From: an uncultured delta proteobacterium
GTDB lineage: Bacteria > Desulfobacterota > Desulfobacteria > Desulfobacterales > SG8-13
Assembly: GCA_963848135.1 (NCBI GenBank)
Contig: CAWKCK010000003.1
Span: forward strand, 372,001-436,000
Direction: 5' to 3'
Length of the DNA stretch: 64,000 nucleotides
This document shows, in pieces, positions 28,193 to 38,363 of this stretch. The number at the start of each line of letters is the position of its first letter. The stretch's first letter is position 1. The translations under genes and the position numbers were made by a program. Under the pieces are notes generated by a model that worked only from the letters and a program-made list of their open reading frames with translations, was not told the DNA's origin and ran no database searches.

Positions 28193-31126
28193 ATGAGTGT
28201 TGACGACGGAAAAATCGATGTTACCGGGCCAATATACAACAGCCGGATCACAAAAACCTACTTGAGCTACCTGGCGACCCATTATCCGGCCATTGATTGC
28301 GACTCTCTACTGGAATGTGCTGGAATGACCCGCTATCAAGTGGAAGATCCCGCACATTGGTTTTCTCAGGTGCAGGTCGACCAGTTTCATGACATTATCT
28401 CTGAGCGGACCGGCAACCCCCTAATATCGAGAGAAGCCGGGCGCTATGTCAGTTCCTCAAAAGGGATCGGAGCGGTTAAGCAGCATTTCTTAGGGTATCT
28501 GAGCCCGGCCTTCGCATATCTGGCTGCCGGCAAAGTGGTTAGTCATTTCAGCCGGGCAACGATAAACACCGCCCGTAAGCTGAGCCACAACAAGATTGAA
28601 ATCACCTGCACCCAGCTCCCAGGCATCCAGGAAAAGCCCTACCAGTGCCAAAATCGCATCGGAAACCTTGAAGCCATGGCAGAGGTGTTTACCGGTAAAT
28701 TCGCCCAGGTGGACCACCCGACATGTTTCCATCGGGGAAAGACCTTTTGCCGCTATATCGTCACCTGGGATAACGCGCCGTCAGGTGTCTGGAAACGGAC
28801 ACGCAACTACGTAACAGCCGGACTCGCGTTAGTTAACCTGATCAGTCTTTTCTTCATGCCACCGGGGTTTGCTTTAGCGGGAGCACTTTTAAGCTTGATG
28901 GCAATAATGCTCCTAACCTTGATGACAAGTCAGTCCGAAAAGCAAGACCTTATCAAGACTGTTGAAACGCAGAAACAGGCTGCCCAGGAACATCTCGAAC
29001 AACTAAGCATTCGCTATAACCATGCCCTGTTGGTACAGGAAATCGGCCAGGCAACATCCGCCGTAAAAGATATCACAGCATTGATTGCCGCCGTCATGCA
29101 GATTATGGCCAAACGGCTCGATTTCGACCGCGGCGTCATTATGTTGGCCAACAGGGACAATACACGCCTGATATACATTGATGGTTATGGTTACAACAAA
29201 GAGCACGAAGATGTATTGCGCGATACCCAATTTCACATAGACCGGCCTGATGCCCAGGGAATTTTCGTACGTGCCTTTTTGGATAAAAAACCTTATCTGC
29301 TGCAAAACCTTCTGTCCAAGCAAAGCATGTTATCTCAAAGAAGCCTGAAGCTGGCTCATCAAATGGGCGTCAAGTCAATAATTTGCGTCCCTATCGTTTA
29401 TGAAAATGAGTCGCTCGGAATCCTGGCTGTCGATACTGTAAAATCGGAGCGGCTATTGACCCAAAGCGACATGAATCTTCTGCAGGGAGTCTCCTCCCAG
29501 GCCGCCATAAGCATTACCAACGCCCGCTCTTTTCAAAAGCTCCAGGTCAGTGAAGAAAAATACCGCACCATCCTTGAGAGTATCGATGATAGTTATTTTG
29601 AAGTCGATCTCAGTGGGAACCTTACCTTTTTTAATGAATCGACGTGCCGAATGCTCGGTTATTCGCGCCATGATCTCATGGGCGTAAATTATAGACGCAT
29701 CATGGATGCGGATACAGCTGGAAAGTTATTTCGTACCTTCAACGCCGTCTATCGCTCCGGCCAGACAACTGAAGCATTGGATTGGAAAATGATCCGTAGA
29801 GACCATTCGGAATGTTTCGTACAAGCACTGATTTCGCCGATACGAAACACTGACGACACTCCGGTTGGATTTCGCGGTGTCGCGCGGGATATGACAGAAA
29901 GACTTCAATCTGAAAAAGAGCGTAAGTTTCTCGAGGCTCGACTGCAACAGGCTGAAAAAATGCAAGCTATCGGCACACTCGCTGGTGGTGTCGCGCATGA
30001 CCTCAACAATGTTTTATCCGGCCTTGTGAGTTATCCCGAGTTGCTATTAATGGATCTACCGGCAGATAGTCCGTTGAGAAAACCGATTCTCACGATTCAA
30101 AAATCTGGTGAACGGGCATCAGCTATCGTTCAAGATCTGCTGACACTGGCCCGACGTGGTGTCGCCATTTCGGATGTCATCAACCTTAACCAGATCGCAA
30201 CCGACTATCTTAACAGCCCCGAGCATGAAAAAATCCTTTCTCTCAATCCAGATGTCCAGATTCAGACTCAATTGGCCCCAAATCTGCTGAACATGATCGG
30301 CTCACCGGTGCATCTGTCAAAATCATTGATGAACATCCTCTACAATGCCGCTGAAGCCCTGCCGGCCGGTGGTCGGATACAGGTTAATACAGAAAACCTG
30401 TATGTGGACCGTCACATAGACGGGTATGACGAAATACCGCCGGGTGAGTACGTGGTGCTCTCCATCGCCGACAACGGAATCGGGATTTCGCGTGCGGATC
30501 TCAAACGGATCTTCGAACCGTTTTATACCAAGAAGGTTATGGGGCGCAGTGGGTCCGGCTTGGGCATGGCGGTCGTCTGGGGATGCGTCAAAGACCACAA
30601 GGGCTTCATCGACGTGCAGAGCCGTCTCGGCAAGGGAACGACGTTCACACTCTACTTTCCGGCAACCCGTAAAACCATCGAAAAAAAAGCCGAACCTTTT
30701 ACGCTGGAAAAAATCAAAGGCCACGGAGAATCGATCCTGATTGTCGACGATATCGCCGAGCAACGCGAAATTGCGTCGGAATTACTAACGAAAATCGGTT
30801 ACAAGGTCGCGACGGCGCCCAGCGGAGAGGCCGCAGTGGACTATCTTCGATCAAACCGGGTAAACTTGGTGGTTCTCGACATGATCATGGAACCCGGTAT
30901 GGATGGCCTGGAGACGTATAAACACATTCTGGCCCTGCATCCCAATCAAAAAGCGATTATCGCCAGCGGTTTCTCCGAGACAGCACTTGTCAGGGAAGCC
31001 CAGAATCTCGGTGCGGGCGCCTATGTGAAAAAACCTTATACGGCCGAAGAAATCGGTGTCGCGATTCACCGGATGCTCAAATCCTCGCCAGGTTCGGCCC
31101 GCCGAATTTCTCCTTCGGCGGGTTGA
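28193..31126 (+). CDS. hybrid sensor histidine kinase (V4R-like N-domain, 2 TM, GAF, PAS, HisKA, HATPase, REC)
   Basis: LAGGVAHDLNN H-box, NAAEA, DNGIG, FEPFYTKK, GSGLG, receiver VDD...LDM...KP. Confidence 0.93.
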   Translation: MSVDDGKIDVTGPIYNSRITKTYLSYLATHYPAIDCDSLLECAGMTRYQVEDPAHWFSQVQVDQFHDIISERTGNPLISREAGRYVSSSKGIGAVKQHFLGYLSPAFAYLAAGKVVSHFSRATINTARKLSHNKIEITCTQLPGIQEKPYQCQNRIGNLEAMAEVFTGKFAQVDHPTCFHRGKTFCRYIVTWDNAPSGVWKRTRNYVTAGLALVNLISLFFMPPGFALAGALLSLMAIMLLTLMTSQSEKQDLIKTVETQKQAAQEHLEQLSIRYNHALLVQEIGQATSAVKDITALIAAVMQIMAKRLDFDRGVIMLANRDNTRLIYIDGYGYNKEHEDVLRDTQFHIDRPDAQGIFVRAFLDKKPYLLQNLLSKQSMLSQRSLKLAHQMGVKSIICVPIVYENESLGILAVDTVKSERLLTQSDMNLLQGVSSQAAISITNARSFQKLQVSEEKYRTILESIDDSYFEVDLSGNLTFFNESTCRMLGYSRHDLMGVNYRRIMDADTAGKLFRTFNAVYRSGQTTEALDWKMIRRDHSECFVQALISPIRNTDDTPVGFRGVARDMTERLQSEKERKFLEARLQQAEKMQAIGTLAGGVAHDLNNVLSGLVSYPELLLMDLPADSPLRKPILTIQKSGERASAIVQDLLTLARRGVAISDVINLNQIATDYLNSPEHEKILSLNPDVQIQTQLAPNLLNMIGSPVHLSKSLMNILYNAAEALPAGGRIQVNTENLYVDRHIDGYDEIPPGEYVVLSIADNGIGISRADLKRIFEPFYTKKVMGRSGSGLGMAVVWGCVKDHKGFIDVQSRLGKGTTFTLYFPATRKTIEKKAEPFTLEKIKGHGESILIVDDIAEQREIASELLTKIGYKVATAPSGEAAVDYLRSNRVNLVVLDMIMEPGMDGLETYKHILALHPNQKAIIASGFSETALVREAQNLGAGAYVKKPYTAEEIGVAIHRMLKSSPGSARRISPSAG

Positions 31127-32393
31127 AGTACCCGTGGTGCAAATCAGGAAATTTTTTCTTTATTTTATCGACAAGGACCTTCATCCCGATCCCATTTCCC
31201 TGTGAGGAAACTTTTTCCATTGCCTTCCAATACCGGAGAGGATCAAAGTTCAGATTGCGCCACTGAATCATCTGAATCGGATGTCTCCGAATGAACGCTT
31301 CCAAAGCTTGTGCTTCTTCCGGGGTATCCGTGAACCCGGGAAGATTGAGGTAGTTGAGTGCGACGTTGACCCCGCGATTCAGGGCCAAATCAATACTTTC
31401 GACCACATCGGCAAAGCCGTATTCCCGGGGACGAAAGTATGCGTCGTAGCACTCTTTCCTCACACTGTTGAGGCTTACCCGAATACTATCCAATCCGGCA
31501 TCAATCAGTCGTTTTAATGCTTCGGGGCGACTTCCGTTCGTGTTGACGTTGATTGTTCCCTGGCGGGTTTCTTGGCGAATCAGGCGAATGGCCGGCTCAA
31601 TCACATCGACAGCCAGAAGTGGTTCCCCCTCGCATCCCTGCCCGAAGCTAACCACAGCCCTCCCAACACATTTGATGTGCGCCAGAGCCACTTGCGCAAT
31701 CTCCACCGGTGATGGTGTGAAACCAATCCGGTCCTGACTATGGGGGATTTCAGTGCCGTCCTGACGCGAAAGGCATCCGCGGCATCTGGCATTACAGCCT
31801 CTCGCTGTTGGCAGGGGGGCTTCGAATCTTTGAAGAAAAAAATTCTTTGCTGCCGGGCACCCATATTTCTGGGCGCAGGACTCCAAGTGGTGGCGCAGCC
31901 GGTTGTCAGGCAGTTGCCGGCGTTTGGATTCGATGCCGGCGGTGACCTCTTGTTGCGGCATGTAGCGTAGGTCTTGCCTTTTTTCATGATCAATCCGAAA
32001 TACCGCCGATCGGATTCCCTCTCGAAACCAACCGGCGGCTCCGTATGAAAATAGCGGCAGGGCGCCGGTGCTCTCCCTTTCTCCGTATGCACAAATTGAA
32101 TGGACAACGAATCCCGGAGAATTAAATACGGACACCGGGTAGAGCGGTTCACCCGGGTGATAGGGGTCTTCATACAGATGTTCGAAACTTTTTCTTCGGA
32201 TGTTGAATAGAACCGGGAATCTGTCAGGCAAGTACATCAGCTCGCTGCCGAAGGGCAGGGGGGCGGTGTTATTCATGGAAAGTGGTGCGAGTTGACGTCC
32301 GTGCATCCCCACAGCCGCATAACCATCGAGTTCAAAAATTTCGCCTTTGTGATTGGCCACCAGAGCGGTCAGCATTCGGTTCGTCTGTTGCAT
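31077..32393 (-). CDS. radical SAM protein of unknown function
   Basis: CNARCRGC motif, SFGQGCEGEP, NTNGS, RVSLNS; TGATG-coupled to upstream moaB. Confidence 0.88.
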   Translation of the reverse strand: MQQTNRMLTALVANHKGEIFELDGYAAVGMHGRQLAPLSMNNTAPLPFGSELMYLPDRFPVLFNIRRKSFEHLYEDPYHPGEPLYPVSVFNSPGFVVHSICAYGERESTGALPLFSYGAAGWFREGIRSAVFRIDHEKRQDLRYMPQQEVTAGIESKRRQLPDNRLRHHLESCAQKYGCPAAKNFFLQRFEAPLPTARGCNARCRGCLSRQDGTEIPHSQDRIGFTPSPVEIAQVALAHIKCVGRAVVSFGQGCEGEPLLAVDVIEPAIRLIRQETRQGTINVNTNGSRPEALKRLIDAGLDSIRVSLNSVRKECYDAYFRPREYGFADVVESIDLALNRGVNVALNYLNLPGFTDTPEEAQALEAFIRRHPIQMIQWRNLNFDPLRYWKAMEKVSSQGNGIGMKVLVDKIKKKFPDLHHGYFNPPKEKFGGPNLARI

Positions 32394-32908
32394 CAGCGTT
32401 TCTGCGTGTGATGAGCGAGATGGCCGAGCTCGGGGAAGATGAGAGATTTGCAGGCAAGCCGGCAGGCATTCAAACTACCCGGTAGACAAAACACGACGGT
32501 CTTGCGGACAACTCCGGCCATCGCTCGACTCAGCAAGGCCGCCGAACCAATTTCGCCATAGCTGAGTTGGGCGAATAACGGCCCGAAAGCTGTCAGCTCT
32601 TTTTGAATCATGGGGCGCAGGGATTCGATAGTCACATCCTCAGCCGTTATACCTGTACCTCCGGTAATTAACAAGGCCTGGGGTTGGACGTCCCGAACGA
32701 TTTTCGACACCGCTTCGGCGATGGCATCGGCATCGTCTGAAACCAATTGTCGACATTCAACCACGTGCCCTGCTTGTAAGGCCTGGTTTTCGATCCATTG
32801 ACCGCTTTCGTCGATATCAAGCGTTCGGGTTGTCGAAACGGTCAGTATCGCAATGGTCACCGATTTCGGGGCGTTCTTTTTATGTTCGTGTGTACCCATG
32901 GTCGTCAT
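32393..32908 (-). CDS. moaB: MoaB/MogA molybdopterin adenylyltransferase family
   Basis: ILTVS, DESG, TGGTG...DVT, LSRA, LPGS. Confidence 0.9.
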   Translation of the reverse strand: MTTMGTHEHKKNAPKSVTIAILTVSTTRTLDIDESGQWIENQALQAGHVVECRQLVSDDADAIAEAVSKIVRDVQPQALLITGGTGITAEDVTIESLRPMIQKELTAFGPLFAQLSYGEIGSAALLSRAMAGVVRKTVVFCLPGSLNACRLACKSLIFPELGHLAHHTQKR

Positions 32909-33037
32909 GTACCTCTTCTATCGTTTCAATTGATTTTTCGTCTATTGCCGCTATATCGATAGAAAGTCGGCCTTTGACAAAACCGCCGGTGGGCCTAATC
33001 CTTAACCTATGCTATAATCGTTTTTAAATCAATTTCA

Positions 33038-33688
33038 ATGTCTGAAAGTCGGTCTCGTGTGCATAAAACCTGTAGCGGCATCATACTGGCCGGAGGCCTA
33101 AATACGCGGTTCTCCGGAAAGGAAAAGGCGTTTATCACCATCGGCGGCAAACGCATTATGGACCGTCTCTACGAACTCTTTCGAAATATGTTTGCCAATG
33201 TCATTATCGTCACCAACGATCCGGTAAAATATTTGGAATGGGATGCTCATATTGTTACCGATATTTTTCCCATCCGCAGTTCTCTTTCCGGAATTCATGC
33301 CGGTCTCACCTATACACAAACACCCCATGCTTTCATTACCGCTTGTGATGCGCCTTTTTTACAGAAGGACATCGTGGAAAAAATACTTGAGGGCCTTTCA
33401 GATGACATTGATGTGGTCATACCGGAAACGGCCGCGGGGATGGAGCCCCTGTGTGCCGCATATTCGATTCGATGCCTGGAAACGATTGATCACCACCTGA
33501 AAAGCGACAAACTGAAAATTCAGATGTTTTTCAGAAAAATGCGCGTACGACGCATTTCGGAACAGACTTTACGTCGTGTCGACCCGCACCTGGCTTCGTT
33601 TTTTAATGTAAACTCACCCTCAGATCTCGTCCAAGCCGAAACGGTCTGGTCCACAATATTCAAACCAACGTCAACGAACAATAGTTGA
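33038..33688 (+). CDS. mobA: molybdenum cofactor guanylyltransferase
   Basis: ILAGG...RF...KA, ACDAPF, EPLCAAY, FFNVNSP. Confidence 0.92.
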   Translation: MSESRSRVHKTCSGIILAGGLNTRFSGKEKAFITIGGKRIMDRLYELFRNMFANVIIVTNDPVKYLEWDAHIVTDIFPIRSSLSGIHAGLTYTQTPHAFITACDAPFLQKDIVEKILEGLSDDIDVVIPETAAGMEPLCAAYSIRCLETIDHHLKSDKLKIQMFFRKMRVRRISEQTLRRVDPHLASFFNVNSPSDLVQAETVWSTIFKPTSTNNS

Positions 33689-33694
33689 GGAAAC

Positions 33695-34174
33695 ATGGCT
33701 GAATTTACTCACATTGACGCCGATGGCAAGGTTCGCATGGTCGATGTCACCGGCAAAGAACCGACACAGCGCACAGCCGTTGCGATGGGCAGGATCGTCA
33801 TGCAAACGACCACCCTTGAAAAAATACTCGAGGGACGCGTGACAAAGGGTAATGTTCTGGAAACGGCCCGTATCGCCGGAGTGATGGCGGCAAAAAAGAC
33901 CTCCGGACTCATCCCCATGTGCCATCCCCTGGCATTGACTTTCATCCAGGTCGATTTTCGCCCGGACCGCAAGACCTCTTCGATCGAGATTGAAGCGACC
34001 GTGCGCTTGGTCGGCCGAACTGGCGTCGAAATGGAGGCACTGACTGCCGTGGCAACAGCCGCATTGACCGTTTACGATATGTGCAAATCACACGATCGCG
34101 AGATGAACATTACCGATATTCACCTAATTGAGAAATCGGGTGGTAAAAGCGGTCATTACCGAAGCCAAAGTTGA
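33695..34174 (+). CDS. moaC: cyclic pyranopterin monophosphate synthase
   Basis: MVDV, LIPMCHPL, TGVEMEAL, YDMCK, KSGG. Confidence 0.96.
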   Translation: MAEFTHIDADGKVRMVDVTGKEPTQRTAVAMGRIVMQTTTLEKILEGRVTKGNVLETARIAGVMAAKKTSGLIPMCHPLALTFIQVDFRPDRKTSSIEIEATVRLVGRTGVEMEALTAVATAALTVYDMCKSHDREMNITDIHLIEKSGGKSGHYRSQS

Positions 34175-34223
34175 CAATCACAATTTAGGGCTCATGCTCG
34201 CCCACACATGCTATGAGGGAATA

Positions 34224-35492
34224 ATGTTCACTACGAACCTGCCGTCAAACAAGCACCGCCCGCCGGAGTACAACCGGGATACCAGCGACGTGTTTTCTGT
34301 CCACTGTCGCCTGGTTCGGATAGCACTCCTGATCGCCTTTGGCATATGCTTTGCCGGATGCGCAGCCCCTGAAAAACCTCCCCTGCAGACCCTCTCTGTC
34401 GCCAGATATCCTGACTTCGAGGACGACATGCAATATGACGGATTGGAACATAGTATTCGACAGAGCCTGTCCTATCTGAAACGCGTTCCGCTCGACAGAG
34501 AGTTCCGTTTCGGAGACAACCGCTATAGCACTGCACATATGATCCGGTCCTTGGAAACCTTTCTCGCGTATGTTCAAACCCAGCCATCGCAGAGCGATTT
34601 AAATCGTTACATTCGCGACCATTACCAAGTGTACCGATCGGTTGGCAGCGGCCCGGATAACGATGTTCTTTTTACGGGATATTACGAGCCTTTCCTGGAA
34701 GCGAGACGGTTGCCCAACAATCAATACCGGGTGCCAATTCTGGGGCGTCCGGTTGATTTGGTGACCGTTGACCTGGCCGCTTTTTCATCGAAGTATCACG
34801 GAGAAAAACTCACCGGACGTTTGGCCGGCCGCACCGTTGTTCCGTATTTTGAACGCAAGGACATAGAAGGGGAAGATGCTCTTGGTGGAAAAGCCCCGGT
34901 GTTGGCATGGCTGGAAGATCCGGTGGATCTCTTCTTTCTACAAATTCAAGGTTCCGGGCGGGTTTCCCTGGAAGATGGTGAAGCCTTGAACGTGCACTAT
35001 GATTCAACCAACGGTCACCCCTATCGCAGTATTGGCCGACTTTTGATCGACAGGGGCGAAATACCTCTCTCTGAAATGTCAATGCAGCGCATCCGTGCCT
35101 ACCTTGCGGCCCACCCTGAGCAGACGCGTGATATCTTGGATCATAACCCCAGTTATGTATTCTTCAGGCTCGAAGAAGATGGACCTCTCGGCTTCCTTAA
35201 CGTAAAACTGACACCGGGCCGCTCCATTGCCCTCGACTTTCGTTTGTTTCCGCTGCCCGCCCTGTCTTACATTGAAACAATGAAACCGATTCTCGATGGC
35301 AATGGTGAAATAATTCGGTGGGAAAACTTCAACCGCTTTGTTGTCAGCCAGGACACCGGCGGTGCCATTCGCGGCCCAGGCCGTGCGGATATCTTCTGGG
35401 GCAACGGCCCTTACGCTGAGGTGGCTGCCGGGCACATGCGCCAGCGAGGCAATTTGTATATGATGATTTTAAGGCCGGAAGACGGCCAGTGA
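34224..35492 (+). CDS. mltA: membrane-bound lytic murein transglycosylase A (lipoprotein)
   Basis: Lipobox FAGC; FTGYYEP, LQIQGSG, NPSYVFF, QDTGGAIRG...ADIFWG; start uncertain. Confidence 0.92.
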   Translation: MFTTNLPSNKHRPPEYNRDTSDVFSVHCRLVRIALLIAFGICFAGCAAPEKPPLQTLSVARYPDFEDDMQYDGLEHSIRQSLSYLKRVPLDREFRFGDNRYSTAHMIRSLETFLAYVQTQPSQSDLNRYIRDHYQVYRSVGSGPDNDVLFTGYYEPFLEARRLPNNQYRVPILGRPVDLVTVDLAAFSSKYHGEKLTGRLAGRTVVPYFERKDIEGEDALGGKAPVLAWLEDPVDLFFLQIQGSGRVSLEDGEALNVHYDSTNGHPYRSIGRLLIDRGEIPLSEMSMQRIRAYLAAHPEQTRDILDHNPSYVFFRLEEDGPLGFLNVKLTPGRSIALDFRLFPLPALSYIETMKPILDGNGEIIRWENFNRFVVSQDTGGAIRGPGRADIFWGNGPYAEVAAGHMRQRGNLYMMILRPEDGQ

Positions 35493-35517
35493 TCTGTTCG
35501 CAAAGAGCCGTCGCGTT

Positions 35518-35904
35518 TTACCAAAGCTTTCGGATGCGCTCGATGGCTTCGGCGATTTTAAGGCGGAGGAAACCCAGAGAGACGTCGTTGCCGAAGGTGG
35601 TAATCAGCAGCATTTCTTCATTTATTTTACTGAAGTGCAGATTTTCGTCCTGACCTTTGTGAAAGAGCAGGGAAAACTCATCTTCTCCGACGATTTTGGC
35701 CATGGCGTCAACCGCTCCGAAGTTTCCAGCCGCCAGCGCCGCCAGCAAATAAATATCGCAATGCGCGTCTTTGCCGCAGCTGTTTGCAATAATGTGTCCG
35801 GATAGATCCACCACCAGCGCTATTTTGACCCCGATGGCAATTAGGTCGTTCTTTATCACTGATTCGGTTTTTTCTAATTGTTCCTGATCGAACGCCTGTA
35901 TCAT
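35518..35904 (-). CDS. roadblock/LC7 (MglB-like) protein
   Basis: ALVVDLSGH, LAALAAGNFGA, F..LFHKG, SLGFLRL. Confidence 0.85.
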   Translation of the reverse strand: MIQAFDQEQLEKTESVIKNDLIAIGVKIALVVDLSGHIIANSCGKDAHCDIYLLAALAAGNFGAVDAMAKIVGEDEFSLLFHKGQDENLHFSKINEEMLLITTFGNDVSLGFLRLKIAEAIERIRKLW

Positions 35905-36141
35905 TCCTGCTCATCCCCGCTGGAAATGACAATCACTTTAAACCGCGTAAATTTAACAAAAATCAATTTTTCAATCAAGCGATTTCAGAGCCGTATTTCT
36001 ATTGGTCTTGACAGTTTAGGCGAAACCCAGTACTAAATGTTGCTTTTGAAGTATCGGATACGGTTCAATTGAAGTTACTGAATTTCCCATCGGATTCTGT
36101 AGATCCGGCCTTTACGATCGGTAATCTGCAAGGAGATACCC

Positions 36142-36591
36142 ATGTTTGGCATCGGCATGCCGGAAATGCTGCTTATTCTGGCAATTGCGCTCATTGTCAT
36201 CGGTCCTAAAAAACTGCCGGATCTCGCCAAATCTTTAGGGCGAGCACTGCGTGAATTCAAAAAGGCCACCAGCGAACTAAAAGATTCGATGGAGTTTGAC
36301 AGCGAGCTGAAAGATGTCAAAAAGAGTTTCACCGACATCAGCACCGACATCGAAGGCTCTCTAAAAGATCAGAACGGCCCTGCGACCGACAAGGATGGCA
36401 TCCAAAAACCTGATCCAAAGGTTGCGGCCCTTGAGGATTCATATGAAACCTGGAAACAGGCCGCTTCCACAACGAGTCAAAAATCTTCAGCATCCCTAAT
36501 AAAGAATCAGGGTGCGGATCCACCGTCAACAACCGCCGACCCAGACCGTCACAGAAAATCAGAAGAGGAAGGATCGGAACGTGATGGATGA
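36142..36591 (+). CDS. tatB: twin-arginine translocase TatA/TatB subunit
   Basis: MFGIGMPE...GPKKLPDLAKSLG..LREFKKA with long tail; overlaps tatC start. Confidence 0.85.
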   Translation: MFGIGMPEMLLILAIALIVIGPKKLPDLAKSLGRALREFKKATSELKDSMEFDSELKDVKKSFTDISTDIEGSLKDQNGPATDKDGIQKPDPKVAALEDSYETWKQAASTTSQKSSASLIKNQGADPPSTTADPDRHRKSEEEGSERDG

Positions 36592-37357
36592 CGATTCGAA
36601 ACTTCCTTTTACGACCCATCTGGAGGAACTTCGTAAACGCCTGATTGTCTGTTTTATTGCGGTCGGAATCGGTTTTCTCCTCTCTTACGGTTTTAAGGAA
36701 TATCTTTTTCAAATACTGGTCCACCCATTGGTGAAAGTAATGAAGCCCGGTGACAGCCTCATATTCACCGGATTGCCGGAAGCCTTCTTCACCTACCTCA
36801 AGGTGGCATTTCTTGCCGCCTTGATGTTGGCTGCACCCATAATCATTTATCAATTCTGGATGTTTGTCGCTCCCGGTCTTTACGATAGGGAAAAGCGTCT
36901 CATGCTGCCGATCGTTTTTCTTTCCTCCGTATTCTTTATCGGGGGCGCTCTGTTCGGCTATTTTATCGTCTTCCCCTGGGGATTCAAATTTTTCCTCGGC
37001 TTTGCCACCGAAACCATCCGCCCCATGCCTTCGATGAAAGAATACCTCGGGTTCTCAGCTAAACTGCTGCTGGCTTTCGGTCTTGTCTTCGAACTGCCCC
37101 TGGTGCTCACTTTTTTAGCCAGGCTCGGCATTGTATCGGTTGATTTCCTCAAGAAAAACAGAAAGTACGCACTGCTCCTCTTTTTCGTTGGTGCCGCCTT
37201 ACTGACGCCGCCGGATGTGGTTACCCAAATAATGATGGCCCTGCCTTTGATGGTTCTGTATGAAATCAGTATCTTGGGTGCCCGGATGTTCGGAAAGAAG
37301 AAACCTGGCGTAGATGCAGAACATAAAGGCTCCGCCCCGGCCGGGTCCGGAGACTGA
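36584..37357 (+). CDS. tatC: twin-arginine translocase TatC
   Basis: HLEELRKRL, FVAPGLY, FELP, LTPPD. Confidence 0.96.
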   Translation: MDDDSKLPFTTHLEELRKRLIVCFIAVGIGFLLSYGFKEYLFQILVHPLVKVMKPGDSLIFTGLPEAFFTYLKVAFLAALMLAAPIIIYQFWMFVAPGLYDREKRLMLPIVFLSSVFFIGGALFGYFIVFPWGFKFFLGFATETIRPMPSMKEYLGFSAKLLLAFGLVFELPLVLTFLARLGIVSVDFLKKNRKYALLLFFVGAALLTPPDVVTQIMMALPLMVLYEISILGARMFGKKKPGVDAEHKGSAPAGSGD

Positions 37358-37746
37358 TCCGGCAATCACACTCCAAATCTGCCAATTACGCATCAGATCA
37401 CTTGAGAAATGATTGTTCTTTACATTATTTATTGTAAACCAAAACTCCGCACGACACGTCCAATCAACAAATAGAGAAGCCGAAATGCACGACACTGCCA
37501 GCGGTAACTCGTATATTGGTTAAAAATTTCGATACACTCCGCCATGCGCTAAGCTCTCAGACCGCGGCAATTGCCGTTGACAAGAGACCATCGGCTTGCT
37601 ATTCAAGGCGACGAATCAGGAGGCCATTGATGCAGGCTGCGAGCAGAAGAGTGTGTTGGGTCAGAGGCGATATGCCTGCGAATTTTGCTTCTATTGATAA
37701 ATCGGTAAATATTTCATCTCATCCGGAAAGGAGGTCGAAACATCTT

Positions 37747-38226
37747 ATGAAAACACGTTCGTTGTTGATTTCCATGGTCATCGGGGCAGCGGTCATTTTT
37801 CTTGCTACCGGCATTTACGCCGGAAACCAAGCGCCGGATATGATCAAAATGGACAACCCGGCCTACAAGGAACACAAAAAAGGTATCGTCGAATTCAGCC
37901 ACACAAAACACGCCGTTGATTACGCAAAAAAAGCGCCTGACCAGTACAAGGACGGCTGCGGGGCCTGTCACCACGACGACAAAGGCAAACCACTGACAGA
38001 CCTGAAGATCGGCGACGAGGTCAAGAGTTGTTTCGATTGTCACAGCAAACCGAGCGAAAAACCCAAGGGCAAAGATGCTCCCAAGCTCTCCAAGAAAGAG
38101 AAACTGGAATATCACGCCGAAGCCATCCACGAGAATTGCCGGGGATGCCACAAAGACTACAACAAGGCCAATAAGACTAAAGCAGCCCCCACAACCTGCA
38201 CTAAGTGCCATCCGAAAACGAAATAA
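37747..38226 (+). CDS. periplasmic tetraheme cytochrome c3
   Basis: Signal peptide, FSHTKH, four CxxCH (CGACH, CFDCH, CRGCH, CTKCH), Lys-rich; AAGGAGG RBS. Confidence 0.94.
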   Translation: MKTRSLLISMVIGAAVIFLATGIYAGNQAPDMIKMDNPAYKEHKKGIVEFSHTKHAVDYAKKAPDQYKDGCGACHHDDKGKPLTDLKIGDEVKSCFDCHSKPSEKPKGKDAPKLSKKEKLEYHAEAIHENCRGCHKDYNKANKTKAAPTTCTKCHPKTK

Positions 38227-38257
38227 GACACAATTTTTCGTACCTGTCTTCAACGAT

Positions 38258-38306
38258 AAACAAATCCGCCGGTAACATAATCGCCAGTTACCGGCGGATT
38301 TGTTTT
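38258..38306. terminator. bidirectional terminator between cytochrome c3 and the dsr operon end
   Basis: AAACAAATCCGCCGGTAAC-loop-GTTACCGGCGGATTTGTTT perfect stem. Confidence 0.85.
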
Positions 38307-38363
38307 GGAACCAACGCGCTTACAACCTTAGACCCTGTTTGGTTAAGGGCCCGTGCTGCCGAA

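Noticed and set aside
31077..31126. 50-bp convergent overlap of kinase and radical SAM 3' ends
   Set aside because: Only short non-conserved-looking tails overlap; common and not informative.
37516..37746. Long N-terminal extensions in the ORF track (cytochrome c3; likewise ilvE, mltA, tatC, TrxR fusion)
   Set aside because: Downstream ATGs have better RBS and family-typical N-termini.
36142..38226. Cytochrome c3 as a Tat substrate of adjacent tatBC
   Set aside because: Its signal peptide lacks a twin-arginine motif and c-type cytochromes are normally Sec-exported.
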